Source: an uncultured Nitrososphaerota archaeon
GTDB lineage: Archaea; Thermoproteota; Nitrososphaeria; Nitrososphaerales; CADDZS01
Length of the DNA: 64,000 nucleotides
Reading direction: 5' to 3'
Assembly: GCA_963799845.1 (NCBI GenBank)
Contig: CAWCYI010000006.1
Coordinates: 1,312,001 to 1,376,000 of the forward strand
In this document: piece after piece, positions 10,300-21,218 of the stretch
Position numbering within the stretch: the first letter of the stretch is position 1
How the letters are laid out: each line of letters begins with the position of its first letter
Position numbers and translations under genes: made by a program
Notes under the pieces: model-generated
Told to the model about the DNA's origin: nothing
Seen by the model: only the letters and a program-made list of their open reading frames with translations
Databases searched by the model: none

Positions 10300-10304
10300 T
10301 CAAA

Positions 10305-11453
10305 TCACTCCCTAACTTCTCGTTCCGTCGAATACAGTTTGTAGGGCATCTTGGTTAGGCGTTCGTAACCATTCTCCGTTACGAGAAATGGTTCGCCTAG
10401 AGCCAAATAACCTGTGTCTGGAAAATAGTTATTCGGATGAAGTGTGAAAACCATACCCTCTGCCAATGTCGTCTTATTGCCGACTAATATTTCCATTCCC
10501 CCTACATCTCCATGCCCTCGCACACGCGAATTTGGGGGGCGAAGGTTCTCCCAAAACCCAGCTGAGGCCAATACGTCCTCCTGGGCAATCGCTAGAGCCT
10601 CAACCGGGAGTCCAGGCTTTATCATTGCCACAGCTTTTTCAAAGGCTTTTGTCAATAAATCAAATCTCGTTCTAACGATCTCTGATGCCTTGCCTACTAC
10701 CACGGTTCGACATATTTCTACAAACAAGCCATCGTAAAGGGGATTCGGCTCCATTACGATGATGTCCCCTTCTTTGATGGTTCTGCCCGTAGGAGAGGTC
10801 ATGGAGGTTGGGCGTGCACCAGAACCAATCAAAGTAGCAGCGTCATCTGCACCCATGCGTCGCATCGCGACCTGGGTCGCAGCCTGGAGTTCTAAATCTG
10901 TCACATTCGGTCTAATTGCATCCAATAGAGCTTGAAATCCAGCCTCAGCAATCTCAGCAGCTTTTAGGTAGCGCTCCATTTCCATTTTGCTCTTTGGAAA
11001 AAGAACATCTCTTGCAATATCAGTGCAGGGCTCGATCTTGGTATTTGGCAGCACCTTATGCCGATCTTCAAAGGAGTCGGCATACAGAAATTCTTCGCCC
11101 GTCATTCCTATTTTTTGTTCTAGAAGGCCATCCCGTCGCAAGATTTCCTTGCAATCTTCCCAAAGCTTGGTCGTCACTCTCACATCCTTTATCCACGATT
11201 TCTCTTTCGCTCTGTCTAAATCCCATGCTTCAGAAATTAATAGAACGGGGGCACCGCTTTTCGGAAGTATGACCATTGAATAATTTCCAAGCATGTCATA
11301 ATTCGAAATCCAGTAGACAGTATCAAAGTTGGTGTTACTCCAAATATGACCAGTTAGAGGGTAGGAATAAATTAACAAGACATCGAGCTTTCTCTTGTCC
11401 ATCAGACTAGTGATCTTAGATCTCCGCCATTCGAACTCGTTCAAATTATTCAT
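10305..11453 (-). CDS. M24 family protein with altered metal ligands
   Basis: EFEWRRSKI..LDVLLI, PKSKME, VMEPN..VEICRT, RGHG, TLHPN, LGEP. Confidence 0.85.
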   Translation of the reverse strand: MNNLNEFEWRRSKITSLMDKRKLDVLLIYSYPLTGHIWSNTNFDTVYWISNYDMLGNYSMVILPKSGAPVLLISEAWDLDRAKEKSWIKDVRVTTKLWEDCKEILRRDGLLEQKIGMTGEEFLYADSFEDRHKVLPNTKIEPCTDIARDVLFPKSKMEMERYLKAAEIAEAGFQALLDAIRPNVTDLELQAATQVAMRRMGADDAATLIGSGARPTSMTSPTGRTIKEGDIIVMEPNPLYDGLFVEICRTVVVGKASEIVRTRFDLLTKAFEKAVAMIKPGLPVEALAIAQEDVLASAGFWENLRPPNSRVRGHGDVGGMEILVGNKTTLAEGMVFTLHPNNYFPDTGYLALGEPFLVTENGYERLTKMPYKLYSTEREVRE

Positions 11454-11574
11454 TCAGAGCCCGTAACGACGCGCGTTCCTTCAGTTCTTAAATAATTCTC
11501 GAAAAAAGTAACAGGGCAATAATATTTACTTAAAATCGGCGGTGGCAGAGGAAATTCTCGTTACTTGGGTCAGT

Positions 11575-12069
11575 TCAAGTTTTTCCTAACCTCTTCTTTA
11601 ATAGTGGCATAATTCCTCCAGCTTCAAGAACATTGAGCATCACTGATGAGAGAGGCTTACTTTCCGATTGTTGACCGCTACTTAGGTTCTTGATAGTCCC
11701 CGTTGCAGGATCGATCTCGCCCTGATCTCCGTCATTGAAAAGTTTAGCAACTTCGGGGCAAATCACGATAGGTAGTCCTATCGCAATGCAGTTTCTAAAA
11801 AATATCCGTCCGGTGGACTCGGCAAGGATTCCACTAATCCCAAGCGCCTTAATGTTCTCAGGAGCAATTTCTCTGCTCGATCCGCATCCAAAATTTCTTC
11901 CCGCGACGATTAGATCGCCCGGTCTAACATTTTCAGGAAACTCAGGTCGAACTGATTTTAAGCAATACTTTTTGAATTCATTCGTAGGGAGTCCAACATA
12001 TATCCCAGGTGCCATCGCGTCAGTATCGATATTGTCTCCGAATTTCCATACTCTGCCACTAATTTGCAC
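11575..12069 (-). CDS. LeuD/HacB/DmdB-type hydratase small subunit
   Basis: GRVWKFGDNIDTD, GRNFGCGSSRE, RIFFRNCIAIG. Confidence 0.92.
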   Translation of the reverse strand: MQISGRVWKFGDNIDTDAMAPGIYVGLPTNEFKKYCLKSVRPEFPENVRPGDLIVAGRNFGCGSSREIAPENIKALGISGILAESTGRIFFRNCIAIGLPIVICPEVAKLFNDGDQGEIDPATGTIKNLSSGQQSESKPLSSVMLNVLEAGGIMPLLKKRLGKT

Positions 12070-13336
12070 GAAGGTACTCCCTCGGATCTGTGATTCTCCC
12101 TCTTATTGATGAAGCAGCAACGGTTGCAGGAGAAGCAAGGTATACTTCAGCCTCAGGACTTCCCATCCTGCCCTTGAAGTTCCTGTTTGAAGACGAGATG
12201 CATTTTTCTCCGGGTGCCAATACACCGTTGCAGCCACCCATGCACGGACCGCAAGATGAGTTGGTGACTACTGCACCGCTTTCGACAAAGATTTTGAGAA
12301 GCCCTTCGTCCATAGCTTTTAGATAAACATCCCATGAAGCGGGCGTAACGATCAAGCGAGTGCTTGAAGAGACTTTGTGGCCTTTCAATACTCTGGCAGC
12401 CGCCTCCAGATCCTCGTATCTTGCATTTGCACACGAACCAATGAAGGCTTGATCTACTGGGGTTCCTTGCAGCTCAGAAACGGGTTTTGAGTTGGCCAGT
12501 GAATGGGGCGCAGCTACGTACGGCTCCAAGTCGGAGACATCAACCGAGAACTTCGAATCGTAAGTTGCATCCTTGTCACTCTTCACGGGCTCAAATCGAT
12601 GGGTGGTTCTAGTGCTCAAATAATCTAGTATTTTGTCGTCAACCTCGAAGAGCCCAAATTTTGCACCTAACTCGATTGACATATTGCTCATAACCATTCT
12701 ACTCGCGAGTGTCATCTCGCCGACGCAAGGACCTCCCCATTCTATTGACTTGTATTGCGCCAACTCTATTCCATACCTCCCCGCGATGTACAAAATCAGG
12801 TCTTTAGAATAGACCGAATCTGGAAACTTTCCGGTGATATGAATCTTCACTGTACTAGGTACGGTAAACCACAACTCGCCAGTGGAGAGCACGTACGCCA
12901 TTTCCGAGTTTCCAATTCCCGCACCCGCAGCATTTAGAGCGCCATAGGTACAAGTGTGCGAGTCCGCTCCCAGAATCAAGCTTCCAGGAAGGACGTGACC
13001 CTTTTCCGTCAAAACTTGATGACAAATGCCAGCGTTAATATCGTAAAAGTGCCTGATTCCGTATCTTTCTGCCAATTTCCGCAGTATAGCGTGATAGTTT
13101 GCGGTAGTAACAGTGGGTGCAGCGGACCAATGGTCCAAAACCACGACGACTTTTTCAGGATCCCAGACTGATGGCAGGCCTTCGGGTAGTCCCTCTTTGA
13201 TAAGGGTTTGATGCATCATTGCAAAACCTTCGTGAATCATGACCAGGTCCACTTTGGCGGTCAAATGATCCCCTGGAGAAACATGTTTTTCTCCCGAAGC
13301 CCGCGCGAGAATTTTCTCGGCAATCGTCATGCTCAT
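12059..13336 (-). CDS. LeuC/HacA/DmdA-type [4Fe-4S] hydratase large subunit
   Basis: MTIAEKIL, DH, GICHQV, GADSHTCTYG, FIGSCAN, CGPCMG, SSNRNFKGRMG, YLASP. Confidence 0.93.
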   Translation of the reverse strand: MSMTIAEKILARASGEKHVSPGDHLTAKVDLVMIHEGFAMMHQTLIKEGLPEGLPSVWDPEKVVVVLDHWSAAPTVTTANYHAILRKLAERYGIRHFYDINAGICHQVLTEKGHVLPGSLILGADSHTCTYGALNAAGAGIGNSEMAYVLSTGELWFTVPSTVKIHITGKFPDSVYSKDLILYIAGRYGIELAQYKSIEWGGPCVGEMTLASRMVMSNMSIELGAKFGLFEVDDKILDYLSTRTTHRFEPVKSDKDATYDSKFSVDVSDLEPYVAAPHSLANSKPVSELQGTPVDQAFIGSCANARYEDLEAAARVLKGHKVSSSTRLIVTPASWDVYLKAMDEGLLKIFVESGAVVTNSSCGPCMGGCNGVLAPGEKCISSSNRNFKGRMGSPEAEVYLASPATVAASSIRGRITDPREYLRAN

Positions 13337-13371
13337 GAAGATATCATGGTCCCCGAAAAAATTCGATAATC

Positions 13372-14499
13372 CTACACAACTAGTTCTGGAAATTTAATCT
13401 TTTGGGCGATCGCATCTCCGAACTCCTTCGTACTCGATGTTCCTCCCAGATCATAGGTCCTGATTTTCCCTTCTTTTAGGACCGCGGCAAGCGAATCCTC
13501 GATGAGACGCCCTCCTGAGGACAATTTTTCATCGCTGTATTTTTCTCCCATCCAATCCAACATCATAGAAGAAGAGAGTATCATTGAACAGGGATCGGCT
13601 ACATTTTTGCCGGCGTATTTTGGAGCAGATCCGTGAATGGCTTCAAAATAGGCATAGTTGTCCCCGATATTGGCGGCTCCTGCTAGTCCCAGGGAACCCT
13701 GAATCGCGCCGGCGAGATCTGTGATAATATCGCCGAAGACATTGGTCGTGACACAAACGTTGAAGAACTCTGGTTTTCGGATGACCCACTGCGTCCATGC
13801 GTCAATGTAAGCGTAGTCTTTCTCGATGTCAGGATATTTAGGCGCTATCTCATCGTAGATGTCTCTGAATAATCGGCAACCCAAGAGCACGTTGCTCTTG
13901 TCTATGCAGGTGACTCTTTTCTTGCCGTCAGAAGGAGCACCACGCTTTCTGCGCGTTGCCAACTTGAAAGCGTGATCAATTACTCTTTCAGAGCCTTTTC
14001 TCGTGATGACCCTGACGTCAACACTCATTTCCGTGTTACCGCCTCGAGTTATCGACCCCCTAATCGGCAGATATAGATCCTCTGTATTTTCTCTTACAAT
14101 AACAAAATCAATGTCTCCGACTTTTCTACCCACCAAGGGTGAGCTGACACCTTCGTATAATTTGCACGGCCTGATATTTGCGTATGTGTCCAGGTCGAAT
14201 CTTAAACCTAGAACTACTTCACCAATAGCTTCTCTGCCGTCGGGCAGGTTTGCTCCTGGCCAGCCCATCGGACCCTTTAGAATCGCGTTTGCATGCTTAC
14301 ATGTGTTAAGTGAACCTTCAGGCCACGAGGTTTTCTTTCCAGAATCTAGAAAATATTTTCCGCCGCTGGGTATCTTTATGAATTCAAAATTCAACCCCTC
14401 AATTTCTTCCACGGCTTTTAGGACTTTTACTGCCTCGGGTATGGTATCCCAGGCTATCCCGTCTCCTTCCAATATGGCTATTTCATACGTTCTTACCAA
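13372..14499 (-). CDS. Beta-decarboxylating dehydrogenase (isopropylmalate/tartrate/D-malate dehydrogenase family)
   Basis: GDGIA, YANIRP, IVRENTEDLY, IDKSNV, NVFGDIITD, EAIHGSAP. Confidence 0.92.
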   Translation of the reverse strand: MVRTYEIAILEGDGIAWDTIPEAVKVLKAVEEIEGLNFEFIKIPSGGKYFLDSGKKTSWPEGSLNTCKHANAILKGPMGWPGANLPDGREAIGEVVLGLRFDLDTYANIRPCKLYEGVSSPLVGRKVGDIDFVIVRENTEDLYLPIRGSITRGGNTEMSVDVRVITRKGSERVIDHAFKLATRRKRGAPSDGKKRVTCIDKSNVLLGCRLFRDIYDEIAPKYPDIEKDYAYIDAWTQWVIRKPEFFNVCVTTNVFGDIITDLAGAIQGSLGLAGAANIGDNYAYFEAIHGSAPKYAGKNVADPCSMILSSSMMLDWMGEKYSDEKLSSGGRLIEDSLAAVLKEGKIRTYDLGGTSSTKEFGDAIAQKIKFPELVV

Positions 14500-14637
14500 A
14501 GGGGTATTCAGACGAGTGGATCATTCTGTGGGATTTATGAATAACTGGACATGAACTAGTTTCTCAAAAATTTTCAATCAATAAAACTGATCTTATTCAA
14601 TAACGATATATCGGCAGAGTCGGCGGCCTAGCAATCT

Positions 14638-15993
14638 ATGTCAAGCCAAACGGAAACCGTGGCCTCATTTGTTGCCAGCCTTGATTACAAAAATATTCCA
14701 ACGAATATCGTGAATAATCTAAAGGCATCCATACTGGACACCCTTGGCAGTGGTATTTACGGATCCACGCTATCCTGGGTTAGATCTTTTTCAGATCTGG
14801 TCATGAATTGGAAAGGAAATGGTGAGGCAAGCGTCTGGGGGCGAGGTAGGAAATTACCTTCAATGAATGCTGCTTTCATAAACGGAACAATGGCCCATGC
14901 ATTCGAGCTAGACGATGCTCATAGAAATAGTGTAACTCATCCAGGCACAGTCGTTATTCCGGCCGTTCTCGCTATGGCAGAGTTGAAGGGAAATGTCGAT
15001 GGAAAAACATTCCTTACGGCGGTAACAGCCGGTTACGAAGTTATGTGCAGGGTAGGAATAGCTTTGGGTGTTTCTCACAGGCTTCGAGGATTTCATCCAA
15101 CTGGGACTTGTGGCGTATTCGGAAGCGCTTCTGGAGCCGCGAAAATCCTAGGATTAGACGAAGAAAGAACAATTTGTGCTTTATCGATAGCCGGCACGGA
15201 GGCATCTGGTCTATACAACCCTTCACTGGTAAAGAGATTGAATGCTGGAAGGGCGGCACAGACAGGAATCATGGCGGCACTGCTGGCTCAGTCGGGTCTT
15301 AGTGGCACGAAAGATGTCTTGGAAGCACCGCACGGAGGATTTTGCAGGGGTTTTTCTGACAACCCCGACATCGGGAGGCTGGTAACCGATTTAGGAAAGT
15401 CATTCGAGGCAGGCAACGTGTCACTGAAACCATATTCGTGTGATGCAGGAAATTGTAGAACTATAGACGCGGTAAAAAAGGCGATCGAGGGGCACGAAAT
15501 CGCTCCAGAATCAATAGAAAAAATTGTAGTCAAAACAAGCACTCAAAACAAAGAATTCAGCTATGGCTTCAAAGTAGACAGCGTTTCTTCGGCAATGATG
15601 AGTCTGCCTTATTGCGTTGCAGTTTTTCTCATTGAGAAGAATGCCTTTCTTGACCAATTCACTGAGAAGAAAATCCGCGATTCGAATATACTTAGTCTCT
15701 CTAAGAGGGTAGAGGTAATGGCGGATCCGGAAATTGACCGTCAAATGATGTCAGACCCAACTCGCCCAGTGAACGTTCATGTCGAAATTAAGTTGACTGA
15801 TGGAAAAAGTTTCAGCAGTAGTGTAATGCATTCCAAGGGAAGCCCGATGAACCCGATGTCCCCTCGAGAAATCAGAGACAAATTTACGAAACTGGCATCG
15901 TACGTCCTCGACAAAAACAAGATAGAGTTCATTATTTCGACTGTAGAAGACCTCGAAGAACTTAGTTGTGTTGACCAAATCGTTCCAGAATGA
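14638..15993 (+). CDS. MmgE/PrpD family protein
   Basis: NGTMAHAFELDDAH, HPG, GYEV, GFHPT, KRLNAG, KPYSC, KGSPMNPMS. Confidence 0.92.
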   Translation: MSSQTETVASFVASLDYKNIPTNIVNNLKASILDTLGSGIYGSTLSWVRSFSDLVMNWKGNGEASVWGRGRKLPSMNAAFINGTMAHAFELDDAHRNSVTHPGTVVIPAVLAMAELKGNVDGKTFLTAVTAGYEVMCRVGIALGVSHRLRGFHPTGTCGVFGSASGAAKILGLDEERTICALSIAGTEASGLYNPSLVKRLNAGRAAQTGIMAALLAQSGLSGTKDVLEAPHGGFCRGFSDNPDIGRLVTDLGKSFEAGNVSLKPYSCDAGNCRTIDAVKKAIEGHEIAPESIEKIVVKTSTQNKEFSYGFKVDSVSSAMMSLPYCVAVFLIEKNAFLDQFTEKKIRDSNILSLSKRVEVMADPEIDRQMMSDPTRPVNVHVEIKLTDGKSFSSSVMHSKGSPMNPMSPREIRDKFTKLASYVLDKNKIEFIISTVEDLEELSCVDQIVPE

Positions 15994-16028
15994 CTTTATT
16001 TTTTCAAACTGGGGAAGTGGATCGTTTT

Positions 16029-17410
16029 TCAGTTTTTTTCGATAATCAGTTCAGTAATATCAGTGATTCTTTCAATAGATTCAAGATGATTTATCAATTT
16101 CAAAATCTCTTCGCTTTGCATACCGGTAGTGTTTTCTTGAAACTTTGATGTCAGTTCATTCGTACTTAGCGGATTGTTGGGACCCCCGATAGCCTGATCC
16201 ACCCTCGAGCTTACTGAATTCCCGTCTCGAAAGGTTATTGATACCTCAGCTGGAGAATATGGGATTCCATCCATTTGTCGATCCGCTTCAACATGAATCG
16301 TTTTTGCCAGTTCAAGTACTGGCCTTCTTCGGATTGCAGAATCAGAAAAACTCTGAATCGACATATTGCCATCGATCAAGATTGTCGAGATGCAGAAGTA
16401 AAGACTCTGTTGGGCTTCAAGGGGTGTCAATGGATTCATTCTCTGCTCCTCTGGATCGGCTACGTCCTTGAAAGTTAGACTCGGAACATGAACGGACATA
16501 GTCTCCACCATATCAGGTTCGAAATCGTATTTCCTACGTAGCTCGAGGACCGCATCGATTGAGGCATGACACCCCCGACAACATGGATATTTTTTGAAAA
16601 TAGTGTCCAGAATGGCGTAACTTTCAGCCAGCCCGTTAGTTATTATCGTGTCGTCATAATGATCGGAAAAGCTCGTAAAAATCCATCGCGACCCTCGAAA
16701 ATAGTTCTCGGTCCAGAAAGACCCCTCGCTGCTAGTTGAGCTGAAGAGATACCATCATGAGCAGCTTTTCCCGGATGTAGTCGTTTGACTGGGGACCCAT
16801 CAGCTAAGAATTCTTGAATCCCTGATGCATGACTTCCGGCTAGCCCCAGAGCATCAGCAATTTGTTCACTATCAAGACCCATAATCACAGACGCTGCAGC
16901 AGCAGCGCCAAATGGACCACATGTAGATGTAGGGTGGAAGCCACGAAAGACGTGACTACGATAAGGCTGGGGATTAACCGCCCGCGAGACACGGATCATC
17001 ACTTCATAACCAGCTACGATTGCAACAATCAAATCTCTGCCATTTGCTTGCGAGGCTTCCGCGGTGGCAATAGCGGATGGAACAATTACAGCTCCAGGAT
17101 GAAGCATTGATCTTTCGGCGTCATCATATTCCCAAGCGTGAGCAAAAGAACCATTCGCATAGGCGGCATTTTGTGGCAAAGTTTTGAAATCATTCTTATA
17201 AATAGAAGATTGCTCGGTACCGCCTAACGATCTAACATAATCTGCGATGATTTTACTCCAAGGGGCCTCTGCTCCCGCGATTGCCACGCCTATAGTGTCC
17301 ATTAAACAAAGTTTGGCTTGTTTTATTATCGGAGCTGGCAGTTTATCGTACTGGAGATCGGTAACAAATTCAGCGAGTTTCATTGAAGAGGATTTCATCG
17401 CTTGGCTCAC
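16029..17410 (-). CDS. Second MmgE/PrpD family protein, frameshift near 16660
   Basis: HAWEYDD, HPG, GFHPT, KRLHPG, then KKYPCC..HASID and GGPNNPLS in the next frame. Confidence 0.85.
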
Positions 17411-17544
17411 TTGGCTAGGCTCAAAAAATTAAGTCATATTCCTTAAGGGTCCCGGTGCCGCATAACAAAATCCAGAATCGGCAAGGCGGAATCAAAGAGG
17501 ACTTTCTTTTCGATTGTGCCCCGTGGATGAACCAACTGGGCTCT

Positions 17545-18042
17545 TCAAATAATATTTTTTTCCTGCAAACGTGAAATAAGTAGTGGAACTATGCCACCTT
17601 GATCCAACATTCGAACTAGATCAGGGGGAAGCGGCTTTGTGGATAGAGTTTTTCCAGTAGTCAGGTTCCTAATTTTACCAGTAGATATTTCAGCTTCTAT
17701 TGTGTCACCTTCATTGAATATTGAAGTCACACCCTTGCAAGGTACAGCGGGCAACCCAATTGCCATGCAGTTTCTGAAATAAATTCTGGCGATTGAATCT
17801 GCGAAAATTGCCCTAATGCCAAGCTCCTTAAGAAAGCTGCAGGCCTGCTCTCTCTGAGAACCACAGCCAAAGTTGGTGCCCGCAACTATTACATCGTTCT
17901 CCCTGACTTCTTGATAGAAATTTGGCCTTATAGCACCGAATAATGCTTTCTTGAGGTCTTTATCGGCCGTCTCAATGGGTGCAATAACGGTCGTGTCGAT
18001 ATTGTCACCGAACTTCAGAACTCTGCCCACTATTGTGCCCAA
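17545..18042 (-). CDS. LeuD/HacB-type small subunit (copy 2)
   Basis: GDNIDT, NFGCGSQRE, RIYFRN. Confidence 0.9.
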   Translation of the reverse strand: MGTIVGRVLKFGDNIDTTVIAPIETADKDLKKALFGAIRPNFYQEVRENDVIVAGTNFGCGSQREQACSFLKELGIRAIFADSIARIYFRNCMAIGLPAVPCKGVTSIFNEGDTIEAEISTGKIRNLTTGKTLSTKPLPPDLVRMLDQGGIVPLLISRLQEKNII

Positions 18043-19309
18043 TTACACCACATCCCTTGGATCCGTTATGACACCACGTAATGCAGAGGCAGCAACAGTT
18101 GCAGGTGAGGCTAGGTATATCTTAGCATCATAGCTACCCATTCTTCCCTTGAAATTTCTTGGTGTTGCAGCAATGCATACTTCTCCTTTAGCCAACGCGC
18201 CCGCGCTCCCTATGCATACCCCGCACCCAGGATTAGTGATAATAGCTCCAGATTTCGCAAGTTTGTAGATCAAGCCCGCGGCGAGAGCTTTCTCATAAAC
18301 TTCCGCTGATGCAGAACCGACGATGAATCTTGTTCCAGGATGTACTCTCTTTCCTTCTACTATTTGCGCAGCAATTTCCAAATCTTCAAAGCGACCGTTG
18401 GTGCAAGATCCGATTACGGCCTGATCTATAGGTACCCCTTTTATTTCAGAAATTGGTTTTACATTACCGACGGTATCTGGACAAGCTACCTGCGGTTCGA
18501 TTCCCGAAACGTCTATATCGTATTCCTCTTCGAATACTGCGCCAGAATCTGAACGCACAGGGGTAATAGGTTTTTGAACTCTTGATCTCAGAAAATCATT
18601 GGTCTTTTCATCCGCCTCGAAGAGTCCGAATTTGGCTCCAAGCTCGACAGACATATTGCTCATCGTCATTCTACTGTCAATACTCAGGCTTGTAGCAAGG
18701 GGTCCGTCCCATTCGATTGATTTGTATTGCGCCACCTCGGTACCAAATGAACCAGCAATGTGAAGCATGATATCCTTAGCGTAAACAAATGGGGAAAGCG
18801 TTCCGTTGAGCATGAACCTTATAGTTTCGGGTACTCTGAACCAAAGTTCTCCTGTTCCGAGGACGTATGCCATCTCGGTGGCTCCTATTCCCGTCCCCGC
18901 TGCGTTGAAAGCGCCATAGGTGGTAGAATGAGAATCTTTGCCAACTATCAATTGTCCAGGGGTTACATGGCCTTTCTCAGGAAGGACTTGATGGGAGATT
19001 CCTGCATCAATATCGTAAAAGTAGGTTAATCCATATTTCTTGGCTAGTTCTCGATTATTGCGATACCTTTCAGCTGCGGCTACGGAAATGGTGGGACTAC
19101 GATGATCGAGTACCACTATCACTTTGTCTTTATCCCATACGCTTGTTAGTCCCTGCTTATACCCCGCGCTGACCAGAACGTCGCTGGGCTCGTTCAAAAC
19201 CTCTGGGACCATTGCCAGATCTATCTTCAGCTGTTACGATGTCGCCAGCTTCTGCAGTCTCTTTACCCGAGCATCGCGCGAGGATTTTTTCGGCAATCGT
19301 CATTTCCAT
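18043..19309 (-). CDS. LeuC/HacA-type large subunit (copy 2), N-terminal frameshift
   Basis: MEMTIAEKILAR from 19309 in another frame; DH, GKDSHSTTYG, IGSCTNGR, CGVCIG, RNFKGRMG. Confidence 0.88.
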
Positions 19310-19744
19310 TTCAACAGCACCCAAATTTGCTAATAGCGTCCGACAATAATATAAGAATTCCTCGATTTTGTGGGCCTTTTACGGTAGATCCGGATAGCTA
19401 CCAAGAGCATTTCAACTATCCACCTCTAATGCTGAAAAAACTTCAGTTGATCTCGTTTAGGTTAGTTGTCAGACAAGACTTGGCTGAACAATCCGCATTG
19501 AAAAATCAGCACCCCGAATGATTAATTGAAATTTTCGAATACAACAAACATGAATGTGACGCATTGGACGACTGTGTCTCCATTGATAGGCGAAGGGAGC
19601 CTCTTCATTCGATTCAGAAAAATTCGAGTTTGGGCTCCTAGTCGTCTTAAGCCAGTAAGCTTTTCTTCAAGAGAGCCTAATAGGTTCACGTGTTAGATCG
19701 TTCGTCTTGTTCGTTTTCGAAGTGTAATCACCAGAGGATCTTCT

Positions 19745-21184
19745 ATGAGCATTAAAGATCTTAGAGATTTCATAAGAAAAGTCGATGAACTGGGAGAGCT
19801 CAGGTCCATAAATGGCGCCGACGTTATCTCCGAAGTGGGACCAATATCTTCCTTAGCTAGGATGATTGAGGGTTGTCCCGCAGTTTTGTTTGACGAAATA
19901 ATTGGGTATCCCAAGGGACACCGAGTCTTTGCGAACAACGTAAACTCTCCTAAAAGAACTGCGTTAGCGCTAGGAATAGATCCCCTTCTCTCAGACATGG
20001 GTATCTTGAGGGCTTGGAGAGAAAAGAAGAAGAATTCGAGAGAAATACCTCCTAAGTTTGTGACTGCCGCACCGTTTCTCGAGAATGTTCTTAGTTTAGG
20101 GCAAATTGATATTCTGAGATTCCCCGTCCCCAAGTGGCACGAACAGGATGGAGGCCGCTACATTGGTACAGGAGGCGTTTGTGTTCTAAGAGATCCAGAA
20201 AAAGACTGGATAAATGTTGGTATATACCGAATTCAAGTTCATGATAAAGCTACGCTTGGTCTACACTTTGATCACACAAAGCGGCATGGATACATGATCG
20301 CGCAGAAATATTGGGAAGGCGGAAAGAATTGTCCGGTTGCGGTTGCCTTTGGTGAAGATCCCGCTCTTTTCATGGCCGCCGCAGAAAAGTCTCCCTGGGG
20401 CTCATCTGAGTACTCATTAGCGGGACTGATGAAAGGTTCAAACTTCGAGGTATTTGAAAGCGATCTAACAGGTCTACCTTTACCTGCCAATTCCGAATTT
20501 GTGATCGAGGGCGAGATGCCGCCTCCTTCGAGTGATTCACGATTAGAAGGGCCATTTGGCGAGCTTACTGGTTACTATTCAAGCAGCGCTCGTGTTGCTC
20601 CCATAATCAAAGTAAAGAGGATAATGCATAGAAATGATCCAATTCTTTCAGGGAATCCGCCCCTACGTCCTCCGTATCACACAACAGGTATCCCAATAAA
20701 CGCAGGATACATCTGGGACGATATTGAGGAGGCTGGGATTCAAGCTTCTGGGGTTTGGCAACCAAGCAGAGGATTAACAGTTATTTCTCTGAAACAAATT
20801 GCAAGAGGTGAAGCTGAAAAGGCTGGCGAGATTGCATCCAAAAGTAGAGGAGCCTTTTTGGACAGAGTGATTGTGATCGTTGACGAAGATATAGATCCCA
20901 CCAGTCTCCAGGATCTGGCTTGGGCTTTGAGTACAAGATGTGAAGCATCCACAGGAATTAAGATCCTAACGGGTCTACCGTGCAGTACTCTAGACCCACT
21001 AATTTCTCCTGATAGAGTTGCGAAAGGCGACTTCTTTCATTCTAAAGCTATCATAAACGCGTGCAAACCATTCGAGTGGAAAGATAATTTTCCCGAACCT
21101 GTAAGGCTCGATGATAAAACTCGCAAGAGGATTTCTGACAAGTGGTTACGCGATCTGATGTCGAAGAATAAGCCTAACAACTGA
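19745..21184 (+). CDS. UbiD family (prFMN-dependent) decarboxylase
   Basis: DLRDFI, DGGRYIGT, NVGIYRIQ, EGPFGELTGYY, IVDEDID, WALSTRC. Confidence 0.93.
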   Translation: MSIKDLRDFIRKVDELGELRSINGADVISEVGPISSLARMIEGCPAVLFDEIIGYPKGHRVFANNVNSPKRTALALGIDPLLSDMGILRAWREKKKNSREIPPKFVTAAPFLENVLSLGQIDILRFPVPKWHEQDGGRYIGTGGVCVLRDPEKDWINVGIYRIQVHDKATLGLHFDHTKRHGYMIAQKYWEGGKNCPVAVAFGEDPALFMAAAEKSPWGSSEYSLAGLMKGSNFEVFESDLTGLPLPANSEFVIEGEMPPPSSDSRLEGPFGELTGYYSSSARVAPIIKVKRIMHRNDPILSGNPPLRPPYHTTGIPINAGYIWDDIEEAGIQASGVWQPSRGLTVISLKQIARGEAEKAGEIASKSRGAFLDRVIVIVDEDIDPTSLQDLAWALSTRCEASTGIKILTGLPCSTLDPLISPDRVAKGDFFHSKAIINACKPFEWKDNFPEPVRLDDKTRKRISDKWLRDLMSKNKPNN

Positions 21185-21218
21185 GCTTATCTGAATCAGT
21201 CTTAAATATTCAATTTCA

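Noticed and set aside
11575-14499. Leucine biosynthesis operon leuBCD
   Set aside because: No leuA, duplicated CD pairs and a catabolic island context, so gene symbols were withheld.
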